Part shown: one piece after another, positions 1 through 10,888 of the stretch
Position numbering within the stretch: position 1 is the first letter of the stretch
Layout of the letters: each line of letters begins with the position of its first letter
Position numbers and translations under genes: made by a program
Source: an uncultured Gemmatimonadales bacterium
GTDB lineage: Bacteria; Gemmatimonadota; Gemmatimonadetes; Gemmatimonadales; GWC2-71-9
Reading direction: 5' to 3'
DNA length: 64,000 nt
Assembly (NCBI GenBank): GCA_963711915.1
Contig: CAVQGA010000019.1
Span: forward strand, 19,186 to 83,185
Notes under the pieces: model-generated
Told to the model about the DNA's origin: nothing
The model's input: only the letters and a program-made list of their open reading frames with translations
The model's database searches: none

Positions 1-817
1 CCTCGAACGTGGTCTGGAGAACCTGACCGATTCGGCTGGCGAACGCCCAGGCACCGGCGATGTCAAGCCCGAAGAGGCGGGTCAGGAGAACCGGCGTACC
101 CGACTCGCGAACCTGATACAGAAGCAGGGACACCGAGAATCCAGCCGTCTGCCGGGCCAGGGGACGGAGAACCGCGAGATCGAAGGACAGGTGCAGAGTC
201 GGCGCCAGACGGAGGAGGTAGAGGGTGTTGAACACCGACATCAGGATGAGGACGACGAAGATCCCAAGCTCGAAACGCCCCCGCAGCGCGAACGCCACCA
301 GACCGACGCTCTGGACCGCCAGGCTGGTTACCTCGTAACGGGAGAGCGCCGCGTAGTTGAGACTTCGCTCAAGCCGGACCCGGCATCCGACCTGGAATGC
401 CGTGAGCACGAGCGAGGCCAGAAGTGCGAGCATCCAGCCACGCCACTCCGGCGGAATCGCCGCCAGCCCGGTCACCCCCGGGGGGAGCACCAGGACCAGC
501 AGCGCCACACCCGACAGCACGAGCACGCGGAAGCCGGCGATGGCACCCAGCTCCTCGTCGGTGGTATCCACCGTCCGTCGGAGTGTGGCGGACTCGAATC
601 CTAGCTCCCCGGCAAACGACGCCAATGCCAACAGGCCGCGCACGACGCTCAGCAGGCCGTATTGGGCCGGAGTGACCAGCCAAGCGAGGAGCAGCGCGGT
701 CGGAATGCTGATCCCGCGAAAGGCGATGCCGCGGAGCAGCAGCTGGCGACTTCCGCGGACGGACTCCCCGAGGATCCTCGCGCCCTCCTCCACGGGGGTT
801 TCAGTGGTCGCGGGCAT
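1..817 (-). CDS. Polysaccharide flippase (Wzx / MOP superfamily-like), N-terminal part only; runs off the left window edge
   Basis: Own translation of the minus strand from ATG at 817 gives MPATTETPVEEGARILGESVRGSRQLLLRGIAFRGISIPTALLLAWLVTPAQYGLLSVVRG..., open to position 1 with a multi-TM hydrophobic pattern. It is absent from the ORF track because there is no stop in the window. Its start overlaps the stop of the upstream glycosyltransferase. Confidence 0.55.
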   Translation of the reverse strand, partial: MPATTETPVEEGARILGESVRGSRQLLLRGIAFRGISIPTALLLAWLVTPAQYGLLSVVRGLLALASFAGELGFESATLRRTVDTTDEELGAIAGFRVLVLSGVALLVLVLPPGVTGLAAIPPEWRGWMLALLASLVLTAFQVGCRVRLERSLNYAALSRYEVTSLAVQSVGLVAFALRGRFELGIFVVLILMSVFNTLYLLRLAPTLHLSFDLAVLRPLARQTAGFSVSLLLYQVRESGTPVLLTRLFGLDIAGAWAFASRIGQVLQTTFE

Positions 818-1928
818 CCGTCACCAGCGACTCGAACAGCCGGAGGTACTCTGCGGCCACATGACTCACGGAGTATTTCGCGAGGGTCGACTCTGGAGGA
901 CGTGCCCGGGTACCGTCGCCGGCCGCATCAACCAGGGCCTCTCCCATCGCCGTCGCGTTGCCCACGGGGATCAGGGCGCCCCAGCGGCCGCTCTCCAGAA
1001 TCTCGCGCGGGCCCGCGGGACAGTCGGTCGAAACGACGCGTGAGCCCAGGGCAAGCGCCTCGACCAAGACCGTGGGAAGGGCCTCGCTCAGCGACGAAAG
1101 CACCACGACCCGCGCGCGAGCCATGTAGCGGTAGGGATTCGCGACGAAACCCGGCAGGCGGACCTGCGCCTCGAGGCCGAGCTCCCGAATCAGCCGTTCG
1201 AGCGCCGGACGCTCCTCTCCTTCGCCCAGAATGACCAGCCGCATGGCGCGGCGACTCCGCGCGTAGGCGAACGCATTGATCAGCGTCGGCAGGTCCTTGA
1301 CCTGGGTCAGCCGGGCCACGGCCAGCACCACCGGCGGCTGGCCGGCCTCGAACCACGGGTCCGCCACCGGCTCAGCCGCGAGCGTCGCGAGGTCGGCGGG
1401 GAGGGCAGCATTGGGCATGACCCTTACACTTGCTTCCTCGAGGCCGAGGAAGCGCACAAGATCCTCGGCCGCACCCTGTGACACGGCCACCAGTGCGTCG
1501 GCGCGGGGGTACCACCTTCGCGCCAGCCACGGCAACGCCGTTCGATCCCGCCAGCCGCGGGCCCTCGACCACTCCTCGGACATGGCGACATGTGTGGCAG
1601 CGACGGTGCGGGTCTCCCCTCCGGCCAAGCACGCGGCCCACAGCGCCACGACATTGGATTGGCTGATGGCCGACACCAGCACCCCTGGCCTCGTCTCGCG
1701 GAGGTATCGGCCCAACGGCACGGTCGCAAAGGCCAGCCGGCGCGCCCGGAGGTCGACCAGTCGTACGGCGGCCGGGACGCGCTCCCGGAGCGGCCCTTTC
1801 CCCTGCGCCACAACCAAGTCCGTGGACATCCCCTGGGCTGCCAGACCCGCCGCTAGATTCACCGTGACGCGCTCGGCCCCTCCGCCGACGAGGGAGGGGA
1901 TGAAAAGCGCGACGCGGACGTTCCTCAT
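801..1928 (-). CDS. Glycosyltransferase family 4 (GT-B fold)
   Basis: Track ORF 801..1994. N-terminus MRNVRVALFIPSLVGGGAERV and C-terminal VVLSSLSEALPTVLVEALALGSRVVSTD are typical GT4. Start set at ATG 1928, which forms an ATGA overlap with the upstream methyltransferase stop. Confidence 0.85.
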   Translation of the reverse strand: MRNVRVALFIPSLVGGGAERVTVNLAAGLAAQGMSTDLVVAQGKGPLRERVPAAVRLVDLRARRLAFATVPLGRYLRETRPGVLVSAISQSNVVALWAACLAGGETRTVAATHVAMSEEWSRARGWRDRTALPWLARRWYPRADALVAVSQGAAEDLVRFLGLEEASVRVMPNAALPADLATLAAEPVADPWFEAGQPPVVLAVARLTQVKDLPTLINAFAYARSRRAMRLVILGEGEERPALERLIRELGLEAQVRLPGFVANPYRYMARARVVVLSSLSEALPTVLVEALALGSRVVSTDCPAGPREILESGRWGALIPVGNATAMGEALVDAAGDGTRARPPESTLAKYSVSHVAAEYLRLFESLVTDARDH

Positions 1929-2809
1929 GCCCGCGGCCGCCCGACGACATGGGACACGCCGGACCGATCGCCGAACCACTCGGCGGACCCGCACGGCTCA
2001 CCCGCTCTCTTGGCGACGTAGACGAATGCCGAGGCAAGGCCGGCGTGTTCCAGGAGTGTGCGCAGCCGGTCGAACCCGAAGCCGTACCCCGAGGTGACCA
2101 CGCCCTTCTGCACCGCCACCACCTCGAATCCGCACGCCCGGAACAGGCGCACCCATCGTGAGCGGCGGAAGGCCAGAAGCTCTTGCACGTGTCCCCTGGA
2201 GACCCCGTGAATTCCCGGCACCAGGAGACGTCTCAAGCGACTTCCCACTCCCTCTCGGCTGGTCTCCGTGAGTGGCGTCGCCTCGGTGCGGGCTGACTCC
2301 ACCATAGATTGGGTCGCCGGTACCTCGCGAGAAACCGCGCGCCTGGCGCGCCACCGCTCGACCGCCTGACCGAAGTGTGCGGGAACATGAAGGGATAGCG
2401 TGGACAGCTTCCAAAAAGGGCTCGGCATCACGTGGATGGTAATGCCGCCAGGCGTCAGGACCCGATGAATACCGCATAGAGCGGCGGCCGGGTCCTCCAG
2501 ATGCTCCAACATGTTCGAGGAGAACACGACATCGAACCGACGAGTGCCGAAGTGCTCCGCCAGCCGCTCGGCGTCGCACACCTCGTAGGCGAGGACCTCG
2601 TCATCGACGTTCTGAAGGATCTTGCGATCGCGATCGGTGCTGACAACCTGGCGCGCGTAGTTCGCGAGGTGACGAGCCTGAAAGGCACGCCCTGCCCCCA
2701 ATTCCAGGATGCTATCGAACGCCTTAGGCGGACAGCCCTGGAAGATCAGCCGGACCTCTCGGGTCCGCAGCTGCTTCACGTAGGCGGTCCAGTCGGTGAA
2801 CAGCGCCAC
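1925..2809 (-). CDS. Class I SAM-dependent methyltransferase
   Basis: C-terminal part of track ORF 1925..3373: ILELGAGRAFQARHLA...FDVVFSSNMLEHLEDPAAALCGIHRVLTPGGI (Methyltransf_11/25-like motifs). The upstream part of that ORF is off-frame overlap with the next GT. GTG start at 2809 is 7 nt after the GT stop. Confidence 0.75.
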   Translation of the reverse strand: MALFTDWTAYVKQLRTREVRLIFQGCPPKAFDSILELGAGRAFQARHLANYARQVVSTDRDRKILQNVDDEVLAYEVCDAERLAEHFGTRRFDVVFSSNMLEHLEDPAAALCGIHRVLTPGGITIHVMPSPFWKLSTLSLHVPAHFGQAVERWRARRAVSREVPATQSMVESARTEATPLTETSREGVGSRLRRLLVPGIHGVSRGHVQELLAFRRSRWVRLFRACGFEVVAVQKGVVTSGYGFGFDRLRTLLEHAGLASAFVYVAKRAGEPCGSAEWFGDRSGVSHVVGRPRA

Positions 2810-2816
2810 CGACCGC

Positions 2817-4052
2817 CTACATGGTTCCCCGCCCCGCGGAACGGCCCGCGGGAGCGAGGTCCGGCGATGCGCCCGGCGAGCGTGCGTCCAGGACCTCCTG
2901 GTAGGCCGCGAGCGTGCGCGCCGCCACCACGTCCGCGTGGAATCGGGCCAGTGCGATGTCGCGTCCCCGCTCTCCCATTCGCGCGCACGCCGCCGGATCG
3001 TCCAGCAGCGCCACGATGCGCCCGGCCAGGCCCGGGAGATCTCCAACATCGACCAGAAAGCCCGACCGGCCATCCTCCACCAGCTCGGGCACCCCCCCGA
3101 CGCGAGTCGCCACCACGGGGCGCCCGGCAGCCATGGCTTCGGCAATGACCATCGGCGAGGTCTCCTGGCCGGAGCACAACACCAGGCAGGTAGAGCGCCG
3201 CAGCTCTTCCAGCATGCCCGCCTGGTCCAGGCCGCCAAGCAGCACGACGCGCTGACCAAGCCCTCGTCCTTCGATCTCCCGCAGCATCGACCGATGGTAG
3301 GCCCGATCCTCGATGGGCCCGACGATGCGCAAGGTCGCCTCGGGCCGGCGGGCGAGCACGAGGGGCATGGCACGGATCATGTCGACAGCGCGCTTCCGCC
3401 GATTCAGGGCGCCGGCGAGGAGTATGCGGTCGCGCTCCCCGCATCCCTCGACCAGAAAGCATTCCTCACTCACTGGGTTCGCGATGTCGTGCAGCCGCCC
3501 AAGCAGCGAGGCCCCAAAATACCGGCGGACGTAGCCGCTGCTGATCACAATCAGATGTCGGGCGCGCCGCACGACCGCGCGCTCACAGAGGACATGGGCC
3601 ACAAGACCGCGCAGCCGCTGCATCGGCGTCCGGAAGTAGCGAGCATCCTCCCGCATGATGCCGTGGAGCGTGACGATCGTCGGGTCCCAGACCCGCAGGC
3701 ACGCATACCCATATGGCGACGATCCCACCGCATGCACGAGGTCCGGCCGCAGCGTTCCCAAGTACTTCACCAGTCGCCGGCGTAACGCGGCCTGACGGGT
3801 GACCACCTCGAAGCGGCGGTTGGTGGCGAGGAAGTGAAACTGAGCTCCTTCGAGCACGGGATGCTCGTCGGCGACGAGATCGCCAAGGCACGAGATCACA
3901 TGCAACTCGATGTCGTCGCGCCGGCGCAGACCCGCGACTAGAGCCATCGTAGCGGTCTGAACGCCGCCGGTGGCATCCCGGAGGTCACGTGGGATGTCCC
4001 CGACAAGCGCCACCCTTGTCCGCCGGTTCTGGATGGCCAGTGCTGGCGCCAT
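2817..4052 (-). CDS. Glycosyltransferase family 4
   Basis: C-terminal 411 aa of track ORF 2817..4631, from MAPALAIQNRRTRVALVG, with ...LCSGQETSPMVIAEAMAAGRPVVATRVGGVPELVEDGRSG (GT4 E-x7-E region). ATG 4052 lies 2 nt before the upstream gene stop. Confidence 0.85.
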   Translation of the reverse strand: MAPALAIQNRRTRVALVGDIPRDLRDATGGVQTATMALVAGLRRRDDIELHVISCLGDLVADEHPVLEGAQFHFLATNRRFEVVTRQAALRRRLVKYLGTLRPDLVHAVGSSPYGYACLRVWDPTIVTLHGIMREDARYFRTPMQRLRGLVAHVLCERAVVRRARHLIVISSGYVRRYFGASLLGRLHDIANPVSEECFLVEGCGERDRILLAGALNRRKRAVDMIRAMPLVLARRPEATLRIVGPIEDRAYHRSMLREIEGRGLGQRVVLLGGLDQAGMLEELRRSTCLVLCSGQETSPMVIAEAMAAGRPVVATRVGGVPELVEDGRSGFLVDVGDLPGLAGRIVALLDDPAACARMGERGRDIALARFHADVVAARTLAAYQEVLDARSPGASPDLAPAGRSAGRGTM

Positions 4053-4054
4053 GG

Positions 4055-4735
4055 TCACTTCTGGCCCACCAAGTAGACGGACGGAAAGGTTATGTGCCGG
4101 AGTCCGGTCCGGTCCAGGAACCGCACCGCCTCTGCCCAGCGTGGGTATACTTCCGTGTAGTACCGCGGGGTCACGTCCCAGACCGAGCGAAACGCTCCCC
4201 CGACTGCTCGCCGGAGCTCCGCGGCCGAGAAGCCTGCATGTGCGCCATCTTCGTTCCTGAATCTGCCCGCCAGGCGGGCACGCCAGTCGACCACATTCCA
4301 CCACACGCGCTGCCTCCACGTGGCATCCTTGCTGCCCAGATACCCGATGAGGCGACTGCGATTCGGCGTGCCGACGCAGCACACGCCGGAGACGCGCAGG
4401 ACCCGGCTCATTTCGGCGAGCGCACGGTGGAAATCCGGAATGTGCTCCAGGGCATGGAAGCAGTAGACCAGGTCGAACGTGCCCGATGGGAAGTCGAGTC
4501 GGGTAGCATCTCCCTGCCGGAGCTCCACCGCCTGCGCAGCGGCGGGGGCGAAGTCGTCCCGCAGGTCGATGCCGACGACGGCCGCGTCGAATTCCTGGCC
4601 TAGCACCGCGGCTTCCAGGCCTTCGCCACACCCCACGACGAGAATGCGCTCCGGGCCTTCATGTCCGAGCCCCCGAAGCACGCGGGCCAGAGCGGAAGTC
4701 TTCGGTTCGCGGAACGCGGTGGCCGTGCCGCTCAT
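4055..4735 (-). CDS. Class I SAM-dependent methyltransferase
   Basis: VVGCGEGLEAAVLG (motif I), FDLVYCFHALEHIPD. ATGA overlap with the downstream Wzy-like gene. Confidence 0.8.
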   Translation of the reverse strand: MSGTATAFREPKTSALARVLRGLGHEGPERILVVGCGEGLEAAVLGQEFDAAVVGIDLRDDFAPAAAQAVELRQGDATRLDFPSGTFDLVYCFHALEHIPDFHRALAEMSRVLRVSGVCCVGTPNRSRLIGYLGSKDATWRQRVWWNVVDWRARLAGRFRNEDGAHAGFSAAELRRAVGGAFRSVWDVTPRYYTEVYPRWAEAVRFLDRTGLRHITFPSVYLVGQK

Positions 4736-6126
4736 CCCGCCGGCCGGCTGCCGAAGGCGAACACCGCGGCCTCGGCTTGGGCCTGCAAGTCAGCGACCGG
4801 TACCGCGGTGATCGAAACGCGGTCCAGTTCCAGGTGCACCCGCTGGCTGAGCGCCGCGAACACCCACAGCAACGCGTTGGGCGTCAGGGTATACCGCAGC
4901 TCGACCGTCACCGCGTTCACGAGAAAGGCCAGCCCCACGAGCGTGGCTGTGAGCAGCAGTCCAGCTTGATCCGGGCGCAGCCGGGGGCGGCGGGAAAGGT
5001 ACGTTCTCACGCCCCCCAGAGTAGCGAAGCCCAGAATACCGGCATACAGGCTCCCGAAGACGATGCCGAGCTCGGCCAGGGCCGTGAGCAGCGTGTTGTG
5101 CGACCCCCCCTCCCAGAATCCCTTGCTGAAGGCGATGCTGAGAAAATGGGAGAACTCGAAGTAGTCGCTCATCACATTGCCGAAGTTTCCATAGCCGACG
5201 CCGAGCAGCGGGTGGGCGTACACCATCTCGGCCGTCGCGACGAGCAGATTCAGGCGATCATTGATGGGCTCGGATTCCTTGAGCCGGGGTACGAGCTCCA
5301 AGGAGCCGAACATGACGACCGCGACTCCCACCGCGGACAGACCAGCCAGAATGCGATACACGCCAGACCCCGGCCAGCGAAAGCAGGCCCCGACGAGAGC
5401 CATGAGCGTCAGCGCGAGGAGGACCGCGCGAGTGTCAGTGAGGTACGCCCCCACGCAGAGCAAGGTGATAACGGCGGCGGCTGCGACCCGCTGCGGACCG
5501 CGGCTGAGCGTGCGCAACAGGACGGTGGCGGCCAGGAGCTGGACCATCACCGTGCCGTTGAATGCAGCCTGAAGAAAGGGTCCCCGCGCGCGGCCGAAGT
5601 GAATTCCGACATTGGGATCGCCGATCGAGGACGGCACCAGCGCCCAGGTGAGCGACGCCTTCTCGCAGAGCGCGGTGAGCCCGAGGTAGGCGCCGAACAC
5701 CGCGAGTATCGCACAGAAGCGCCGGATGTCCCGCACCGTGATGTGCGTCCGGAGCACGATCGAATAGGCGACGGCGGGAAAGAGAAGGGCGTTGCAGAGA
5801 ACGTTGACGTCCCCCGACTCGGCGCCGCTGGCGAACCCACCGCCGAACACTCCGGAGGCGCCGGCGAACAGGGTCACGATCCAGAGCATGAGCTCCAGCC
5901 CGTGGAGCGATCCCGGCCCGGCTTTCCGGATCGCGAAGGTGGTGATGGCGAAGAGCAGCAGACCGAGGAAGAGCACCCGCTCGACGGTCACGTCGGGAAG
6001 TCCTGGCACGCCGGTCAGTCCGAAATCGCGTGTGCAGGAGAACGCGATCCACAGCGCCAGCACTGGGAGGACGACGCGCCCGGGAAGGACCGTGGTGGGG
6101 GAGGCAGCCCTACGCAAGCTGGCCAT
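4732..6126 (-). CDS. O-antigen ligase / Wzy-like polysaccharide polymerase (multi-TM)
   Basis: 464 aa, about 10-12 hydrophobic segments. HPLLGVGYGNFGNVMSDY...GGSHNTLLTALAELGIVFG resembles the Wzy_C/O-antigen ligase motif. Confidence 0.75.
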   Translation of the reverse strand: MASLRRAASPTTVLPGRVVLPVLALWIAFSCTRDFGLTGVPGLPDVTVERVLFLGLLLFAITTFAIRKAGPGSLHGLELMLWIVTLFAGASGVFGGGFASGAESGDVNVLCNALLFPAVAYSIVLRTHITVRDIRRFCAILAVFGAYLGLTALCEKASLTWALVPSSIGDPNVGIHFGRARGPFLQAAFNGTVMVQLLAATVLLRTLSRGPQRVAAAAVITLLCVGAYLTDTRAVLLALTLMALVGACFRWPGSGVYRILAGLSAVGVAVVMFGSLELVPRLKESEPINDRLNLLVATAEMVYAHPLLGVGYGNFGNVMSDYFEFSHFLSIAFSKGFWEGGSHNTLLTALAELGIVFGSLYAGILGFATLGGVRTYLSRRPRLRPDQAGLLLTATLVGLAFLVNAVTVELRYTLTPNALLWVFAALSQRVHLELDRVSITAVPVADLQAQAEAAVFAFGSRPAG

Positions 6127-6150
6127 GGCTGATCGCGGTGTCCGCCGAAG

Positions 6151-7680
6151 TCACAGCGCCCCGCGACCTGCGATGACCGCCCACGGAGTGCGCGCCAGGA
6201 TCCGCAGGTCGAGGCCCAGTGACCATTCATCGATGTACTTGAGATCCAGGGCGATCCATTGATCGAACCCGATCTCGGATCGGCCGCCGACCTGCCACAG
6301 GCCGGTCAGGCCCGGGAGCACGCTGAACCGGCGCATCAGCCACGCCTCGCTGAAATTCCGGACATCCCTGAGCGGCAATGGTCTGGGCCCGACCAGCGAC
6401 ATCTCTCCACGGAGGATGTTCGCGAGCTGCGGCAACTCGTCGATCGAGGTTCTCCTGAGGAAGCGGCCGACCCGCGTCGTGCGTGGATCTGCCCGCATCT
6501 TGAAGACGGGCCCCCCGGCATCGTTTTTGTCCTCGAGTTCGGCCTGGCGCATCTCTGCGTCCGCGACCATCGTGCGGAACTTGTGCATCGAGAACCGGCG
6601 GCGCTTGTAGCCGAAGCGCTCCTGAGAGAAGAAGATCGGCCCTGGGCTGGTCAGCTTGATGGCCACCGCGGCTCCGAGCATGACAGGGAGACAGACCACG
6701 AGCAGCACCGTGGCGCCCAGGAGATCGATGGCCCGTTTCAGCGGCAGGTTGTAGGCGTCCGGGGTCGTGCGCACGGTGATCTCGGAGCCATCGCCCGTCG
6801 CACGATACGGCCGGCCGGGCAGCGCCGGCCGGAAGACATCGCCGAGGTAGGTGCATTGGACACCCTGGCGCGCACACACCTCGAGGGTCTCCTGAATCTG
6901 CGAGTAGCACGAACGGACGGGCAGCGCGATCAGAACCTCATCGACCGAGCGCTCCATGATGATCCGGTCGAGGTGCTCCAACGTTCCCAGCACACTCGAG
7001 TGCAGCTCCTCGCTGCCGGCGTAGCCCTCGACGTCGACGAAGCCGACCACACGCGGGGGAGTGCGCCCATCGGCTTCGGCCATCTGGCGGGACACCCGCA
7101 AGGCCCGCGGGCCGCTTCCCACGATGAGCACCTCCTGCGCCATCTTGACCTGCAGCCGCGAGACTCGGCGGGCGACCGCGCGAGCCACAATACTCCCGAG
7201 CACGCTGGTGACCCAGAACGACAGCACGGCGATCAGGTCGAAGGCGCCGGTCCTGCTGATAAGCGGGAACACCAGGGCGCAGCAGCTCCCGACAGTGCAG
7301 GCAAGCACGACCCGCCACATCTCCTCGCGCGGCCGCCGGAGGACCTTCCATTCGTACAAGCCGGCCAGGTTCCAGATGGCGCGCCAGAGGACGGCGAACA
7401 CCGCAAGCAGTAGGAGGTTCTTCACGGTCAGGCGCAGCGCCAGAAACTCCGCCATGCCCTTGGGCATGTGGTTCACGTTGGTGATCACGTACGACAACAC
7501 CAGCGCCAAGGCGGCAACGACGGCGTCGCTGAAGCGATAGAGCTGCAGCAGGGGCTGGCGGTCAATCCACCGGCCCTCGGCAGCTCCGGGCGCGCTCCCC
7601 GACAGTCCAGGACGCATGGCGGCGCCGAGTCCGTCCAGGGGCGGTGCGGGATTGGGCGAGGCTGCGGGAAGTGACGTCAT
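6151..7680 (-). CDS. Polyprenyl-phosphate glycosyl-1-phosphate transferase (WbaP/EpsB-type priming sugar transferase)
   Basis: [57 protein letters not shown]...[23 protein letters not shown] is the canonical bacterial sugar transferase domain. Confidence 0.9.
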   Translation of the reverse strand: MTSLPAASPNPAPPLDGLGAAMRPGLSGSAPGAAEGRWIDRQPLLQLYRFSDAVVAALALVLSYVITNVNHMPKGMAEFLALRLTVKNLLLLAVFAVLWRAIWNLAGLYEWKVLRRPREEMWRVVLACTVGSCCALVFPLISRTGAFDLIAVLSFWVTSVLGSIVARAVARRVSRLQVKMAQEVLIVGSGPRALRVSRQMAEADGRTPPRVVGFVDVEGYAGSEELHSSVLGTLEHLDRIIMERSVDEVLIALPVRSCYSQIQETLEVCARQGVQCTYLGDVFRPALPGRPYRATGDGSEITVRTTPDAYNLPLKRAIDLLGATVLLVVCLPVMLGAAVAIKLTSPGPIFFSQERFGYKRRRFSMHKFRTMVADAEMRQAELEDKNDAGGPVFKMRADPRTTRVGRFLRRTSIDELPQLANILRGEMSLVGPRPLPLRDVRNFSEAWLMRRFSVLPGLTGLWQVGGRSEIGFDQWIALDLKYIDEWSLGLDLRILARTPWAVIAGRGAL

Positions 7681-7682
7681 GG

Positions 7683-10256
7683 CTATTGGGGACCGGTCAC
7701 GTCGATGTACCGGTCGTACTGGTGGTACTGGTACGCGCGATCGTAGAGCGCGTCCTTGCGGAAATCGATATCGTTGAGCAGTACGCCCAGCACGGGGGCA
7801 CTCACGCGATTGAGCTGCTCCATCGCGTACTCCAGCGCGCCTTGCTCGGTCCAGCCCGAGCGCGCCACCAGGATGATGCCGTCCGCGCTGATGCCGAGAA
7901 GCGTGGCATCCGTGATGATGTTGACCGGTGGCGCATCGATGATGATGGCGTCGTAGTCCTGCCGGAGCTGCTGGAGCAGGGTGGTGACCGCTTCCGACTC
8001 GAGCAGTCCCGGGGCATTGGGCGGTAGCGCGCCGGTTGTGAGGTAGTCCATGGCCCCGCCGTTCTCGACCGACACCGTTCTCACCGCCTGCTCGAACGTG
8101 CTTCTGGCACTGAGCACGTCCGCGAACCCCGGCTCCCTCGCCGTCTCGAACACGGTGTGGATCACACCCCGCCGGAGATCGGCATCGATCAGGAGCACGC
8201 GAAGGTTTCGCTGTGCCAGTGTGATAGCGAAATTCACGGTGCTCGTGGTTTTCCCTTCTCCCGGCAGCGCGCTAGTGAATACCAGCACCTGCACCGGCGT
8301 CTCGGAGCGGGAGTAGGCGATATTGGTCTGCAACGCGCCGTAGGCCTCTGTCGCAGCGCCGCCCGGACCCAAGACCGTCAGGTGCCGCACCCCCGCGCGT
8401 ACCGGCGCAGGCGTGCGCGGAGTAGGCGCACGTGACGTGGGCGCGAGCGCCTCTGGCTCGGCCGCGGCGGCCGGTGGCGGACCCAAGAACGTCCAGCTCC
8501 GCTCGTGCGACACCGGCGTCGGTGCGGGGGGCTTCGATTCCTGTGCGAGCACCTCCCGAAACGGACGCTCCTTTCGAGGCTGCCCGATGAGGGCGATGCG
8601 GCCGCCGCGCTGCTCGATCCTCGGGATCAAGCCGAGCACTGGCAGGCCCGTGACCGCTAGGATTTCCTTGCGGGAATGCACCGACTTATCGAAGTACTCC
8701 CGGCCGAAGGCGACGAAGGCGCCCAGGATGAGCCCGCCCAGCAGGCCCGCAGTGAAATTCACCAGCGGCCGGGGGCTCACGGGGAGCGTGGGCGGCGCGG
8801 CGCGGTCTATCACTCGAATGCTCGCGTCCCGCATGGCCTCGGTGATCTCCGCCTCCTTGAGGCGGGTCTGCAGCATGGTGTAGATGTCCTCCAGCACCCT
8901 GGGCTTCCGCTCCAGCCGGGCCACCTGCAGCTCGGTTTCGGGGATGCCGGAGAGCTGCTGGCCGAACTGGCGCAGCCCGCTGTCGATCGAGGACACCTGA
9001 TTCGTGAGCCCCTCAAGATAGGTCGACGCGATGCCGCGCAACTGGCTCTCGAGCTCGGTGATGCGTCCTTGCAGGGCCTGGACGTCCGGGTCGCGCGGCT
9101 GCCGCCGCGCCAGGAGCGCCGTCCGCTGCTCCTCCACCTGCGCGAGCGACTGAAGCACGTCCGACGCGGCGCGATTCTGCAGCAGGCTCGGGAAGGCCAG
9201 CAGCTGGCGATAGGAGAAACCCGCGGTGGACGCCTTCGCGGCCGAGTCGCTTTCGGCCATCAGCTTGGCAAGCGCGGACCGCTCGGCCTCCATCGTACTG
9301 CGCTGGGCCTGCATCCCGACCAGCCGATTGACTTGGCTGCTCGCTTCGGCCGCGGGACTGACGACGCGATGCGCCTCCCGGTACCGCCGCAGTGCGTCCT
9401 CCGCGGTGTTGAGCTGGACGGACACCGTGTCGAGCTGCTGACGCAGAAAGACGATGGTCGAGCGAGCTTGGGTGTTCCGCACCTCCTGCCGCTGGGCCAT
9501 GAACCGATCGACAATGGCGTTCGGTACGGAGGCGGCCAGGCCCGGGTCCGGGTCCCGGTAGACGACCGTGATGACCTCCGCGTCACGATTCTGGCGAACG
9601 ATCTGGAGCATGCTGCTGATCGCGCTGGTCACCGCGCCAGGCGAATCGACGACGAGCGTGAACCGCGGGAGCCCTGCCGCCCCCGGAGCGAGGGTGAACT
9701 CAGCCCCCGCCAACCGGACCCGGTCGCCCGGCGCCACCGGTGCCCCGACTACGTTGCCCAAGGTGTCGGCGAGCGTGAACCTGCCGTCGGCGCCCTTCCA
9801 GAAGACGAACGGACCAGCTTGAGAGTCCGCCGACACCTGCGCATCCACGATGACGCGGCTGCGCGGCATCTTGCGAGGCTCCAGAACCCGAAGCCTCAGC
9901 CCGCCGAGCTTCGCGGCCTCCTCGACCAGCTTGCGGCTCCGCAGCTCTTCCATCGCGGTGGGGATCTCGCCGCCGGTCACGTAGGATCGGTAGATCTCGG
10001 GAAGGCTCGACTGCTTCTCCTCGACACTCAGGGTCGTGGAGGCTTCGTACAGTGGGGTGACGTGCCGGGTATAGAGAACGCTCGCGGTGAGGCCCAAGGC
10101 GGCGAATCCCAGCAACGAGACCCGATGCCGCGTCAGGACCGCGACTACCTCATGCAACCATTCGCTCTCCCCCTCGGGCTCGGCGAGAGGCGGCGAAGAG
10201 GGGCTTCGCAGGGGGTGCAGTGCGCGTCCCGGCGGCAGTCGCTTCACGGGCCGCAT
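7683..10256 (-). CDS. Polysaccharide co-polymerase / tyrosine autokinase (Wzc/GumC-like, PCP-2a)
   Basis: 857 aa. N-terminal Wzz-like region with coiled coils. C-terminal P-loop ALPGEGKTTSTVNFAITLAQRNLRVLLIDADLRRG and DYDAIIIDAPPV. Confidence 0.9.
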   Translation of the reverse strand: MRPVKRLPPGRALHPLRSPSSPPLAEPEGESEWLHEVVAVLTRHRVSLLGFAALGLTASVLYTRHVTPLYEASTTLSVEEKQSSLPEIYRSYVTGGEIPTAMEELRSRKLVEEAAKLGGLRLRVLEPRKMPRSRVIVDAQVSADSQAGPFVFWKGADGRFTLADTLGNVVGAPVAPGDRVRLAGAEFTLAPGAAGLPRFTLVVDSPGAVTSAISSMLQIVRQNRDAEVITVVYRDPDPGLAASVPNAIVDRFMAQRQEVRNTQARSTIVFLRQQLDTVSVQLNTAEDALRRYREAHRVVSPAAEASSQVNRLVGMQAQRSTMEAERSALAKLMAESDSAAKASTAGFSYRQLLAFPSLLQNRAASDVLQSLAQVEEQRTALLARRQPRDPDVQALQGRITELESQLRGIASTYLEGLTNQVSSIDSGLRQFGQQLSGIPETELQVARLERKPRVLEDIYTMLQTRLKEAEITEAMRDASIRVIDRAAPPTLPVSPRPLVNFTAGLLGGLILGAFVAFGREYFDKSVHSRKEILAVTGLPVLGLIPRIEQRGGRIALIGQPRKERPFREVLAQESKPPAPTPVSHERSWTFLGPPPAAAAEPEALAPTSRAPTPRTPAPVRAGVRHLTVLGPGGAATEAYGALQTNIAYSRSETPVQVLVFTSALPGEGKTTSTVNFAITLAQRNLRVLLIDADLRRGVIHTVFETAREPGFADVLSARSTFEQAVRTVSVENGGAMDYLTTGALPPNAPGLLESEAVTTLLQQLRQDYDAIIIDAPPVNIITDATLLGISADGIILVARSGWTEQGALEYAMEQLNRVSAPVLGVLLNDIDFRKDALYDRAYQYHQYDRYIDVTGPQ

Positions 10257-10258
10257 CC

Positions 10259-10888
10259 TCAGCGGGCGAGGTTGACGACAAGGCTGGCCGCAGCGGTGAT
10301 GGCCGCGGCTACCACCCAGGGGTTTCGGCTCATCCAGCCCCGTTGCGGCACGAAGAGCTGATCGCCGGCTCTGAGCGGGGTGCTGCGAATAGGAGTCTTG
10401 GCGGTCAGGGTGACGCTCAGGCGCTGGCCGCCGCGAATCAGCTCGACCTTGTCGGGCTTCCCGTCGTCCCCGACCCCGCCGGCCACCGCTAGGGCGTCCG
10501 CGATGGTCATCGTGGGGTCGACGTTGTAGAGCCCCGGTTTGCGTACCGCGCCGGAGACGTTGATGCGCCGAAGCGGGACCACGGTGATGGACGGATTCCG
10601 CAGATAGGTCTCATAGCTCTCGAGGAGTCTGCTCTTCAGCGACTCGACCGGCATACCCGTCACGGTCACGGCCCCGATCTTCGGCAGCGTTACGGTACCG
10701 GCCTCATCCACCATGAAATCGCCTGACAGATCCGGCTCGCGCCAGATCTGGACGTGAACGTAGTCGCCGGGCAGCAGTACGCCCATCCCGGGGCCGGATG
10801 ACCCCGCCGCAGCGGACTCGGTCTGAGCCTGCACCGAGAAAGTGCAGAGCGTAAGTGCCGCGACGAGACTGAATAGCCAGGGAAGCAT
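10259..10888 (-). CDS. Polysaccharide export protein (Wza-like, Poly_export + SLBB)
   Basis: MLPWLFSLVAALTLCTFSVQAQ signal, GDYVHVQIWREPDLSGDFMVDEAGTVTLPKIGAVTVTGMPVESLKSRLLESY, VSGAVRKPGLYNV. Start moved to ATG 10888, where the signal peptide begins. Confidence 0.85.
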   Translation of the reverse strand: MLPWLFSLVAALTLCTFSVQAQTESAAAGSSGPGMGVLLPGDYVHVQIWREPDLSGDFMVDEAGTVTLPKIGAVTVTGMPVESLKSRLLESYETYLRNPSITVVPLRRINVSGAVRKPGLYNVDPTMTIADALAVAGGVGDDGKPDKVELIRGGQRLSVTLTAKTPIRSTPLRAGDQLFVPQRGWMSRNPWVVAAAITAAASLVVNLAR